Positions 27,133-34,799 of a DNA stretch of 37,193 bases are shown in pieces (positions within the stretch are counted from its first letter, which is position 1; the number at the start of each line of letters is the position of its first letter). The notes below the pieces were generated by a model, which worked only from the letters and a program-made list of their open reading frames with translations, ran no database searches and had not been told where the DNA came from. Origin of the DNA: a virus (taxonomy: Duplodnaviria; Caudoviricetes); IMG/VR virus record IMGVR_UViG_3300033067_001088, positions 1 to 37,193 of that record. One strand, given 5' to 3'. Position numbers and translations under genes: made by a program.

Positions 27133-27156
27133 AACCCGCACACGCGGGTTTTTCTT
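27133..27156 (+). terminator. Rho-independent terminator
   Basis: AACCCGC-ACAC-GCGGGTT-TTTCTT. Confidence 0.7.
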
Positions 27157-27288
27157 CACCCATCTGTTGCCTACCGTACAGACAGGGCGTAAAATTGATG
27201 TTGCCGCTAGCGCATTGGGTCAAAGAACCGGCCAGTTCTCCGATGTAGCCTTTTCACCCTATCGGGCGTGCGACGCGGCTTTCACTTT

Positions 27289-27312
27289 GATAGGGTGTCA
27301 GATAGGGTGTCA
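27289..27312 (+). repeat. 12-bp tandem repeat GATAGGGTGTCA x2, with an upstream complement at 27255-27263
   Basis: Directly visible. The second copy contains the likely RBS of the gene at 27315. Confidence 0.85.
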
Positions 27313-27314
27313 AT

Positions 27315-27605
27315 ATGCAAAAATCCTGCAAACATTGCGGCGACAAATTCGTTGCAGACAAAGAATGGAAAACGATGTGCGTCCCTTGTTATATCAAGTG
27401 GAAAAAAGCATCTGAAGAAACATCGCCAGAAAAAAAGATAGAAATTATCCAGGCCTACGAATTTATCCCGGAAGACATGATCGACCGGTTGATACGCCTT
27501 TGTCATCCAGATAAACACAAGAACAGCCCAGCATCAACGCAAGCAACTCAATGGCTTTTAGAAATCCGTGATTTTCAGCGTAAAGAGCGGGAGAAGGCGC
27601 AATGA
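27315..27605 (+). CDS. Zinc-finger plus J-domain-like (HPD) protein
   Basis: CKHC..CVPC followed by RLIRLCHPDKH. Confidence 0.7.
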   Translation: MQKSCKHCGDKFVADKEWKTMCVPCYIKWKKASEETSPEKKIEIIQAYEFIPEDMIDRLIRLCHPDKHKNSPASTQATQWLLEIRDFQRKEREKAQ

Positions 27606-28546
27606 GCAATAAACTTATTGATGCGTCTCTCAAGCTGAAAGGCATGTCATCAACATGTAAATTGGTGCTTCTGGTTTTGGCAAATAGTGCGCGTGATGAT
27701 AAAGGCGGGTCATGCTGGCCGTCTATAAGCGTCATTGCTGAGTCGTGCTGTCTGTCTGATAGGGCCGTCAGAAATGCGCTCAAATGGCTTGTTGAAAGTG
27801 GCGCGATCACATCAAAACGACAGTTCAACAGCAGTAGTATATATACTGTTACCCCTGAACACTATTCCATAGTGGCACTAAATTCACCCCCTGAACAATG
27901 TGCCTATACCACTGAATATGGTTCCACTACGGAACGTCGTTCACCCCCTGAACAATATTCACCCCCTGAACAATGTGCCGCACCCCCCTGCACCACGTTC
28001 CGCCCCCCCCTGAACAATGTGCCGAATAAACTGAATTTAAACGTAACTGAAACGGAATTAAAAAAAGAAAAGAGCGCACGCGATGTTTTTGAAAATCCGC
28101 CACCGGAGCCAGAACCGGCCTATGCCAAAACCGACACTCAACAACCATACACCGACAGCCGGGCAATGTTTGAAATGTCGCTGGACTGGAAACCGACAGC
28201 CAACATCAACGGCGTGCTGAAATTCAACGGCCTGCCGTGGAGCATCGACACAATCCCTAATGACCGTCTGACCGAGTTCGTCACGCACTGGTTTGGCAAG
28301 CCCGACCGCAAAACACAAGACGGGTGGCATGGGGCGCTGGCTGGCTGGCTGAAACGGACGCAGCACGACAAGCCGAAGGCGGTGGCAGGGCAGGCGCAAC
28401 AGCCCAAGCCTGACCAACCTGCCAAACCAAAATACGACGATCCATCGCACCGTCCATTCAAGCGCGATGAACCGTCACCGGGTTTGAGTCCGGGCAAACT
28501 TGAAGAATTAAAACAAAAAGCGCGTGACATGGGGATTGCCGTATGA
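27602..28546 (+). CDS. Replication initiator (N-terminal winged HTH, C-terminal DnaT-like region)
   Basis: KLVLLVLAN...CWPSISVIAE..LSDRAVRNALKWL, internal iterons, EFVTHW...W motif. Upstream of DnaB. Confidence 0.85.
   Translation: MSNKLIDASLKLKGMSSTCKLVLLVLANSARDDKGGSCWPSISVIAESCCLSDRAVRNALKWLVESGAITSKRQFNSSSIYTVTPEHYSIVALNSPPEQCAYTTEYGSTTERRSPPEQYSPPEQCAAPPCTTFRPPLNNVPNKLNLNVTETELKKEKSARDVFENPPPEPEPAYAKTDTQQPYTDSRAMFEMSLDWKPTANINGVLKFNGLPWSIDTIPNDRLTEFVTHWFGKPDRKTQDGWHGALAGWLKRTQHDKPKAVAGQAQQPKPDQPAKPKYDDPSHRPFKRDEPSPGLSPGKLEELKQKARDMGIAV
27852..28072 (+). repeat. Replication origin: iterons plus AT-rich tract
   Basis: TTCACCCCCTGAACAAT at 27883, 27940 and 27958, variants near 27852, 27981 and 28005, then an A/T-rich tract at 28025-28072. 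Confidence 0.8.
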
Positions 28547-29883
28547 GCCTGGAAACCATAAACACCGAACAGATTTTGTTGCTGTCTGTGATGAATTACC
28601 CTGGCTATCTGGATATTGTCGGCGCGGTATTATCGGAAAACGATTTTAGTTGCGAACAACATTCGACGATCTGGAAATCCATTAAATATCTGGACGGCAT
28701 TAAACGCCCGTTTGATATTGTCAGCGTGATGGAGCACGTAAAAGCAATTGGCGAATTGGATTCAATCGGCGGTGAACAATTTTTCAATAATCTGGAAAAA
28801 AACAACTATGCGTCATCTGACGATAAAAATGTTACGTCTTACGCCAAATATATCCGGCAGGTATCGGTTATTCGCTGTTTACGTGATGCGGCACATAGTA
28901 TTTCGGAGCTGGCGCATACGCACGGCGGCAGGCCATTAGACGACATTTTGTCGGAGGCTGAAAGCATCCTGCAATCCGTCATTGCCATCCAGAAATCGGA
29001 CGACATCGAGATATTGGACGGCAAACAGATGATGGACGCTGTTATCGCTGATTACGTCCAGAAGGCGGAAAATCCAGGAATATGCGGCATATCGACCGGC
29101 ATACAGGTCATCGACGAAAAAACGGACGGCCTGCACCGGGGCGACATGGTGATTGTCGCCGGGCCGCCAAGCATGGGTAAAACTACGTTTGCCGTGAACC
29201 TGTTGCAAAACGCTTTGATGACTACCGAGTTTCCGGTGGTGCTGTTTAGCATGGAGATGCCGGCCAAAGACATTGGGAGGCGCATGTGGTCTACCGCGTC
29301 ACGGGTAGAGTACAAAAAAATCAGGCATGGCAAGGTTGATGATGTTGAGGGCGACCGCATGTTCAGGGCTGTTGCTGGGTTATCCAGTCCATTGCTCAAA
29401 GTCACTGGCCATTCGCCGCTGACGCCGGGGAAAATTCGCATGGTGCTGAAAAAATTGGCGCGTAAACACGGCGGTATCCAGATGGCGATGGTTGATTATG
29501 TGCAGCTCATGGAGTGCGACGGCAAACAGGATAACCGCAACAACGAGCTAACCATTGTCAGCCGCGAGTTAAAGCGCATGGCGATGGAGTTTAATATGCC
29601 GTTTATAGTGTTGTCGCAGTTGACGAAAGCCGTCGAGACCCAGCGTCGGCGGCCAACAAACGGAGATCTGCGCGAATCAGGCGCATTTGCCCAGGATGCC
29701 GACATGATTTTGATGGTTCACCGGCAGGAAAAATACGATGAGGATAATCAGGAGCATCAGGGCAAGGCCGAAATCATCGTAACCAAAAACCGTAACGGCG
29801 AGACCGGAACTGTGCTTGTTGGGTTTGACGGCCCGACATTTAGATTTTACGAATTGAATGGTGGTCAATCATGGCAACAATGA
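28543..29883 (+). CDS. dnaB: Replicative DNA helicase
   Basis: GPPSMGKT, FSMEM, VDYVQL, LSQL, DLRESGAFAQDAD and KNRNGETG motifs. Confidence 0.95.
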   Translation: MSLETINTEQILLLSVMNYPGYLDIVGAVLSENDFSCEQHSTIWKSIKYLDGIKRPFDIVSVMEHVKAIGELDSIGGEQFFNNLEKNNYASSDDKNVTSYAKYIRQVSVIRCLRDAAHSISELAHTHGGRPLDDILSEAESILQSVIAIQKSDDIEILDGKQMMDAVIADYVQKAENPGICGISTGIQVIDEKTDGLHRGDMVIVAGPPSMGKTTFAVNLLQNALMTTEFPVVLFSMEMPAKDIGRRMWSTASRVEYKKIRHGKVDDVEGDRMFRAVAGLSSPLLKVTGHSPLTPGKIRMVLKKLARKHGGIQMAMVDYVQLMECDGKQDNRNNELTIVSRELKRMAMEFNMPFIVLSQLTKAVETQRRRPTNGDLRESGAFAQDADMILMVHRQEKYDEDNQEHQGKAEIIVTKNRNGETGTVLVGFDGPTFRFYELNGGQSWQQ

Positions 29884-30089
29884 AAATTGGTAAGGCGTAC
29901 ATTGATTTTTATGAAGGCAAAGACACGTTTTACGAGCTGGATCTTCGGCCTGTCCGCGCCGACAACCGGCAGATGTGGATTGACCACATAAGCCGCAAAC
30001 GCTGGTTTGTGCAAGATCAGATGCTGGATCGGTTTATCCAGGCGCTAGATAACTGGCTGGCACGGGGCGACGCGAGGAAACCATTATGA
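29880..30089 (+). CDS. Hypothetical protein
   Basis: ATGA overlaps at both ends. WIDHISRKRW motif. Confidence 0.65.
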   Translation: MKIGKAYIDFYEGKDTFYELDLRPVRADNRQMWIDHISRKRWFVQDQMLDRFIQALDNWLARGDARKPL

Positions 30090-30625
30090 CCAATCGTCTA
30101 GAACGCTACGCCGCTGCCCGCGGCATGACGCCGAAACAGGCGCTTGAATCGTTGTTTGCTGGCGGTCAAAAACTGGAAGCCGTCGCTGCCGAATTGCACC
30201 TGCATTACTCCGGTCTGTGGCAATATGTCCGCCGATACAGTGTTGATTGGCATAGCTGCAAGTCGTTTGTCTACAACGGCAAACGTCAGACGATGGTTGC
30301 ACACTGCCGCGATCTGGGCATATCGCATAGCGCGGTAATCCAGATGGGTTGGCGTCGTGGTCTCAAACAAGCGCAGCTACTGACCGCGTTTATGCAAAAC
30401 CGACCGGCTGTCGTGACACAGCACGCAATCGACATGATCAACGGGTTAACGGCAGTACACGGCAAAACCGCTGTTGCCCGCGTAGTTGGCGTGTCTTATA
30501 ACATGATGCGAGATATGTGCGCCGGACGGTTGAAAACCGTCAGGCGGGTATACGCCAAGCGTTTTGCCGATAACCTGGGCATTGATTTGGAGCACACGCC
30601 ATGCCAAAAAACCACAACACAATAG
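30086..30625 (+). CDS. HTH-repeat protein
   Basis: Several helix-turn-helix-like segments. Similar to 26781 and 30601. Confidence 0.65.
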   Translation: MTNRLERYAAARGMTPKQALESLFAGGQKLEAVAAELHLHYSGLWQYVRRYSVDWHSCKSFVYNGKRQTMVAHCRDLGISHSAVIQMGWRRGLKQAQLLTAFMQNRPAVVTQHAIDMINGLTAVHGKTAVARVVGVSYNMMRDMCAGRLKTVRRVYAKRFADNLGIDLEHTPCQKTTTQ

Positions 30626-30972
30626 CTCGACAGGCCAAGGCGGCAGGCATGAGCAAGCGCGATTTTTTGGCTGATCTAAACAGCCGTCATGCAAAAATCA
30701 CGTCAATGGCCGCCGAGCTGGGCGTGACACACGTTGCGGTCACCTGTGCAATGGCCGCCGCCGGTATTGAGCATCAGCACGCCCGGCATTTTGAGTATTG
30801 CGGTATTGTTGACTGCGCCACCAACCATGCCCGGCGTCATGGTGTCGAGCCGTGGCGCGTTTTCAGGCTCCGGGATAAACACGGCATCACGGCATATCAG
30901 GCTCTGGATTTAGCTGTCCTGAATCACATTTGGCCTGCAAATTGTCCCAAAGTGACAAGCGCCGTGGTCTAA
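30601..30972 (+). CDS. HTH-repeat protein
   Basis: AKAAGMSKRDFL...MAAELGVTHVAV. Confidence 0.65.
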   Translation: MPKNHNTIARQAKAAGMSKRDFLADLNSRHAKITSMAAELGVTHVAVTCAMAAAGIEHQHARHFEYCGIVDCATNHARRHGVEPWRVFRLRDKHGITAYQALDLAVLNHIWPANCPKVTSAVV

Positions 30973-30973
30973 A

Positions 30974-31267
30974 ATGAAAACAACGGCGTTTCTCGACCAC
31001 TGGACAGCCTGCCCTGACTGCCGACCGCGACATGACCGCTACTGTGAGACTGGCCGGGAATTGTGGATTCAGGAGCAGGTTGATTGGTTCATGCGCCAGA
31101 CGGACGAGACGAAACGGATTGAGCTTGCAGCGATGCAAAAAAACAATCCTAAGTGGCATGGAGTGGTGAGGCAGCGCGTTGTTGATGCGTACAACGCACA
31201 GAAACGCGATACAAGCGACGATCAAGGCAAAAGCAATGTCTATGTACTGCGAAGCGATGATCGTTGA
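30974..31267 (+). CDS. Hypothetical protein with a possible metal-binding motif
   Basis: H..CPDC.....C motif. Confidence 0.65.
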   Translation: MKTTAFLDHWTACPDCRPRHDRYCETGRELWIQEQVDWFMRQTDETKRIELAAMQKNNPKWHGVVRQRVVDAYNAQKRDTSDDQGKSNVYVLRSDDR

Positions 31268-31293
31268 ATATGGGCGAAAATAGAGAGGTTGGT

Positions 31294-31692
31294 ATGAGTT
31301 TGCATGACGAGATTATGAGTCTGCCGGTGAAGTCAGATGTTGAGGAGTTTACTATTTCTGCGCGGGCAAATTACAAACAGGGACACCGCGACGCACGGCA
31401 CGCCGCTGCTGAGTTAGCGATTAAGTATGACCAGGATATTGAGCGGGTTAAGGCCGATCTCGACCGCCTGCACCGGGAGCGTGACGCTTTCCAGGAGCAG
31501 TGCCGGGTCATGGCGGAGGAGAATGCGCGGATTAAGGCGGTTTTGAATGATGCTCATTTGTTGAGTATGTCGTGGGCTTTGTATTATCAGAGCATTCATG
31601 ATTTATCTGATTTTCTTCCTGCGCACAAAAAAATTATTGATGCGTGCTGTCGGGAGTTAGGGTTATTAGGCAGGCGGGGTGTTTATGGCTGA
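31294..31692 (+). CDS. Conserved phage hypothetical protein
   Basis: LHDEIM and YKQGHRDARHAAAELA motifs plus a coiled coil. GAGGT RBS. Confidence 0.7.
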   Translation: MSLHDEIMSLPVKSDVEEFTISARANYKQGHRDARHAAAELAIKYDQDIERVKADLDRLHRERDAFQEQCRVMAEENARIKAVLNDAHLLSMSWALYYQSIHDLSDFLPAHKKIIDACCRELGLLGRRGVYG

Positions 31693-31894
31693 TGTCAAAG
31701 TAAAACGAAACGGCGCGTTCTGCGAATTTCACTTGCATGACGCCTGTCTGTGGGCTGAGAACATAACCAACATTGCCACGCACCAGGATCTGGCCGCGAA
31801 AATGGCAAGCCTGGCGGATGATTTTACGTGGTTCCGGGGTGAGATTATGCGCGAGTTTGAGCGCATAGTTGAGCAGCGATTGAATCGGTTCTGA
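31685..31894 (+). CDS. Hypothetical protein
   Basis: GGGGTG RBS. Overlaps the upstream stop. Confidence 0.6.
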   Translation: MADVKVKRNGAFCEFHLHDACLWAENITNIATHQDLAAKMASLADDFTWFRGEIMREFERIVEQRLNRF

Positions 31895-31994
31895 TTATGA
31901 CAAGCCCGGTTGCCCGGGCTGTCGGCCTCACGAGCACGACGCTAAACTGCGCGGTCTAGAGGTAGTGGGTGAAGTATAACAGAGAGGTGCAACC

Positions 31995-32096
31995 ATGAGT
32001 CGTCGAGAAATGGCAGAGATTGACAGAATATTCTGGTACATGACCGCGATTTTCGCGGTTGTGTTTGGCGGGTATGTCGTGGGGAGGATGATGTGA
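31995..32096 (+). CDS. 33-aa single-pass membrane peptide
   Basis: MSRREMAEIDRIFWYMTAIFAVVFGGYVVGRMM. GAGGT RBS. Confidence 0.55.
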   Translation: MSRREMAEIDRIFWYMTAIFAVVFGGYVVGRMM

Positions 32097-32296
32097 TGTA
32101 TCAAGATGAAATTGATCAATTGGTTTTTCCATTTGGAAAAGATGATGTGGCTGGATTTGGAATACGGGACGATGCTTTTTGGATTGACCTTAAAATCGGT
32201 AAGCCATTCAAATGCTTTGACTTGATGGAGCCTTTACGCAAAAGTGAGTTCAACAGCATTTGCATGCTGATTGCCAGAAAACTCGGAGCCATATAA
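32096..32296 (+). CDS. Hypothetical protein
   Basis: GGAGG RBS and TGATG overlap. Confidence 0.6.
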   Translation: MYQDEIDQLVFPFGKDDVAGFGIRDDAFWIDLKIGKPFKCFDLMEPLRKSEFNSICMLIARKLGAI

Positions 32297-32372
32297 CGGG
32301 GTCTTAATCCCGTATAAATCCGGGAAGTGTTAATCATCCGTGCAGCAATGCAAGATTACAGTCACGTTATAG
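32291..32372 (+). other. attC-like imperfect palindrome
   Basis: ATATAAC (overlapping a stop codon), 5 nt, CTTAATC ... GATTAC, 6 nt, GTTATAG. 82 bp. Confidence 0.35.
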
Positions 32373-32452
32373 ACTGGATTGATTTTCCAAAAGAAGCACA
32401 GTTGAAAATAACTAATGCTCTTAAATCTAATTTTAGCGTTGAGGATTAAGCA

Positions 32453-32692
32453 GTGGATAGTAGTGTTGATTTTTGCAAAGCATTTGAAGCGTTAAAAAAT
32501 GGATGTGCAATAACAAGATGGAAATGGGGAGATAAAGCAAAGTTTTTGTTTTACGTTAGAAAACATGAAGGTTTTAATTTTGCCGTTGATAGGCCATATA
32601 TTGCCATTAAAGAAGTGAACGGCTCTATTGAAAAATGGAATCCTTTACAAGATGACATACTTGCCAACGATTGGGTTGTAATGACTGCCTAA
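32453..32692 (+). CDS. tad2: DUF2829 / Tad2-like anti-defence nucleotide sponge
   Basis: F..AFEALKNG..ITRWKW...PYIAIK..NG..EKWNPLQDDILANDW matches the DUF2829 signature. AT-rich. Confidence 0.8.
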   Translation: MDSSVDFCKAFEALKNGCAITRWKWGDKAKFLFYVRKHEGFNFAVDRPYIAIKEVNGSIEKWNPLQDDILANDWVVMTA

Positions 32693-32751
32693 CTCAGTTT
32701 TAGGCGACACTTGTCGCCTAAGAATTTATAGATAAAATCACGGAGCGGGAA

Positions 32752-33228
32752 ATGACAACAAAAACGATCATTGACAAAGCGATTGCGGCTAATCCCTCCG
32801 TAAAGCCGAACCGGATCCGAGCGGCACTCAAGCCGCGCAAACACGAAGAAGCTGACGAGCAGGCAAAATTCATCGAGTGGGTGCGCTGGGCATCGCGGTA
32901 TCAGTCGGACATCTATCCGATGTTGAGACTGATGCACTGCTCGCTCAATGGGGTCAAGCTGTCGATCAGGCAGGCGGTCAAAGCCAAACAGCAGGGGATG
33001 CTGAAAGGCGTCAGCGACCTGTTTTTGCCGGTTCCGCGCCAGGGGAAACACGGACTTTTTATTGAGATGAAGTCAGAGAAAGGCAAGCTGTCATCGGAGC
33101 AGTCGCGTTTTCTGCGCGACGTGACCGATCTGGGCTATTCCGCGCATGTGTGCTACAGCGCGAAAGAGGCGGTTGACGTTGTGATGGGTTATTACGGGGT
33201 GAAAAATGGTCAGCCAAGAAGCTGTTGA
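32752..33228 (+). CDS. VRR-NUC domain nuclease
   Basis: EADEQ, H..NG, GMLKGVSDL, LFIEMK and SSEQ..F motifs. Confidence 0.88.
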   Translation: MTTKTIIDKAIAANPSVKPNRIRAALKPRKHEEADEQAKFIEWVRWASRYQSDIYPMLRLMHCSLNGVKLSIRQAVKAKQQGMLKGVSDLFLPVPRQGKHGLFIEMKSEKGKLSSEQSRFLRDVTDLGYSAHVCYSAKEAVDVVMGYYGVKNGQPRSC

Positions 33229-33484
33229 TGCTTATAGCCGCATTGTCAAATATGCCATCTGGCGGGCAATAACCGACCTAGAGTCCCACTGCCGACATCG
33301 GACGGCTGGACAGCATCAGGATTGGCTGCAGGTTCAGTCGGAGGATAGAGCTAGTACGCCGGTGATCGAGCGGGCGCTGAAATGTTTGCAGGATTGCGGG
33401 GTTGAAGTCGTGCGCGATCCAAAATACCCAAATATCCGGATTGTGTATGATCGGGCGAGCAATGAAAATTTTGGCTATCACTAG
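33206..33484 (+). CDS. Hypothetical protein (late-regulator position, possibly truncated)
   Basis: 92-aa ORF. The frame reopens after TAG-CAG-TAA. Confidence 0.5.
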   Translation: MVSQEAVDAYSRIVKYAIWRAITDLESHCRHRTAGQHQDWLQVQSEDRASTPVIERALKCLQDCGVEVVRDPKYPNIRIVYDRASNENFGYH

Positions 33485-33601
33485 CAGTAACGCAAACAGC
33501 ATGATCAGCATCACCTGAATAGCCGTATACGTCGCCTGGTTATGCTCATGCGCCGACAGTTCTCGGCGCGGTTGTTGGTGGAGGTGCTGGGGTATGAAGT
33601 A

Positions 33602-33784
33602 TTAGGCCAATATTTCAGGAAGACTTTGCAGCCAGTCTTTAACCTTGGCTGACGCATTTGGCAGGGACTGCCATTTTGCGTAAAGTGCTGCTTCTGCTGG
33701 ATCGGCCATGTTAAAGCTGATGACGCCGGTTTTACGCTTGGCTTGGTATTTGGTGTCAGCGTTTTTTTGTGATGGTTTGCGCAT
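33602..33784 (-). CDS. Small putative DNA-binding protein (60 aa) in a moron
   Basis: Basic helix KYQAKRK, strand VISFN, two helices. AGGAG RBS. Confidence 0.65.
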   Translation of the reverse strand: MRKPSQKNADTKYQAKRKTGVISFNMADPAEAALYAKWQSLPNASAKVKDWLQSLPEILA

Positions 33785-33801
33785 GGATGCTCCTGAAATG
33801 G

Positions 33802-33821
33802 AAAAGCCCCGGATGGGGCTT
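33802..33821 (-). terminator. Terminator-like hairpin between the moron genes
   Basis: Minus strand AAGCCCC-ATCC-GGGGCTTTT. Confidence 0.65.
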
Positions 33822-33836
33822 GATTGATGATTTGAT

Positions 33837-34067
33837 TTATACGTACAGCACCCATACGCTGTTTTTGTAGGTCGTGCCACCCACGCGGGCTACCTGATAG
33901 CCTGCGTCATTGCAGGCCTTGACGATGTATGCTGGCAGAGTCAACAGGTGGCGATCCAGTTTGAAGGCGCGGACGGCTTTCAGTGCTTCGGCTTTATCGC
34001 ATTGATCGCCAGCAAAATTAAATTCGGTGGCTGGGACGGTTTGGGTTGCTACGTTGAAGTTTTTCAT
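33837..34067 (-). CDS. Hypothetical moron protein
   Basis: MKNFNVATQTVPATEFNFAG... Start is 34067 or 34076. Confidence 0.65.
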   Translation of the reverse strand: MKNFNVATQTVPATEFNFAGDQCDKAEALKAVRAFKLDRHLLTLPAYIVKACNDAGYQVARVGGTTYKNSVWVLYV

Positions 34068-34117
34068 GGTGGTCATCTCTCTGTTATCCGGCATTATTGC
34101 CTTGGTATGGATTCATT

Positions 34118-34139
34118 ATATATCGTGTATACGATATAT
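34118..34139. promoter_or_regulatory. Palindromic operator candidate
   Basis: ATATATCGT-GTAT-ACGATATAT lies between minus-strand TTGACA (34145-50) and TATAAT (34115-20). Confidence 0.6.
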
Positions 34140-34189
34140 GGTAGTGTCAATTTAGGCCAATATTTTACCGTTCATCGGCTGAGTTTTTG

Positions 34190-34198
34190 TGTTATGAT
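34190..34198 (+). promoter_or_regulatory. Extended -10 promoter candidate for the late operon
   Basis: TG-T-TATGAT about 30 nt upstream of a terminator that precedes the lysis genes. Confidence 0.45.
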
Positions 34199-34230
34199 TG
34201 CTTGCACTCTCTAGGGTTTAACCGCCCATT

Positions 34231-34254
34231 GCCCGCACTCAAGCGGGCTTTTTT
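34231..34254 (+). terminator. Rho-independent terminator ahead of the lysis genes
   Basis: GCCCGC-ACTCAA-GCGGGC-TTTTTT. Confidence 0.85.
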
Positions 34255-34307
34255 ATTTGCGAAACTGTAATCATGTGCTAGATTTAGACGATTATCGGAG
34301 ACGCATC

Positions 34308-34796
34308 ATGCAAGACCCGGAATGGATTGTCGAAGCAAAAAAATACATTGGTCAGCGCGAAATCAAAGGCGCAAAAACCAATGGCTTTATCAGCGTCTGG
34401 CTGAAAACATTGCGGGCCTGGTGGTCTGATGATGAGCAGCCCTGGTGCGGGGTATTTGTTGCTCACTGTATCCAGTCTGCCGGACTGCCAATTCCTAAAA
34501 ACTGGATGCGTGCTACAGACTGGTTAAGTATCGGTAAAGTGCTGCCAAAGCCTGCCGAGGGCTGCATTGTCGTGTTTTCCCGCGCCGGTGGTGGCCATGT
34601 CGGGTTTGTTGTGGGAAAATCAGCGGCGGGAAATCTTATGGTGCTGGGTGGCAATCAGGGTGACGAGGTGCGAATCAGCGAGTTTAGCCTGGATCGGGTG
34701 GTCGGCTACCGCTGGCCGTCTGTTGCCCCATTGCCAGAGCGTTATAACCTGCCTATTATGGGGAGCAACGGCAAACTATCGACTAATGAGGCGTAA
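34308..34796 (+). CDS. Endolysin, TIGR02594 / NlpC-P60-CHAP-like
   Basis: DDEQPWCGVFV (Cys), GGGHVGFV (His) and LGGNQGD motifs. GGAG RBS before ATG 34308. Confidence 0.85.
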   Translation: MQDPEWIVEAKKYIGQREIKGAKTNGFISVWLKTLRAWWSDDEQPWCGVFVAHCIQSAGLPIPKNWMRATDWLSIGKVLPKPAEGCIVVFSRAGGGHVGFVVGKSAAGNLMVLGGNQGDEVRISEFSLDRVVGYRWPSVAPLPERYNLPIMGSNGKLSTNEA

Positions 34797-34799
34797 CAC

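Larger units (their letters stand above)
33602..34165. mobile_element. Two-gene antisense moron flanked by 14-bp direct repeats
   Basis: TTAGGCCAATATTT at 33602-33615 and 34152-34165. Confidence 0.55.

Noticed and set aside
27113-27415. 100-aa ORF spanning the intergenic leader
   Set aside because: It crosses a terminator and the repeat/RBS structure and overlaps the better-supported 27315 gene.
27852-28024. CRISPR-like array
   Set aside because: The repeats are short, nearly adjacent, lack unique spacers of about 30 nt and lie inside the initiator gene, so they are iterons.
31899-31923. Hairpin AGCCCGG-TTGC-CCGGGCT as a terminator
   Set aside because: No U-tract on either strand, so its function cannot be assigned.
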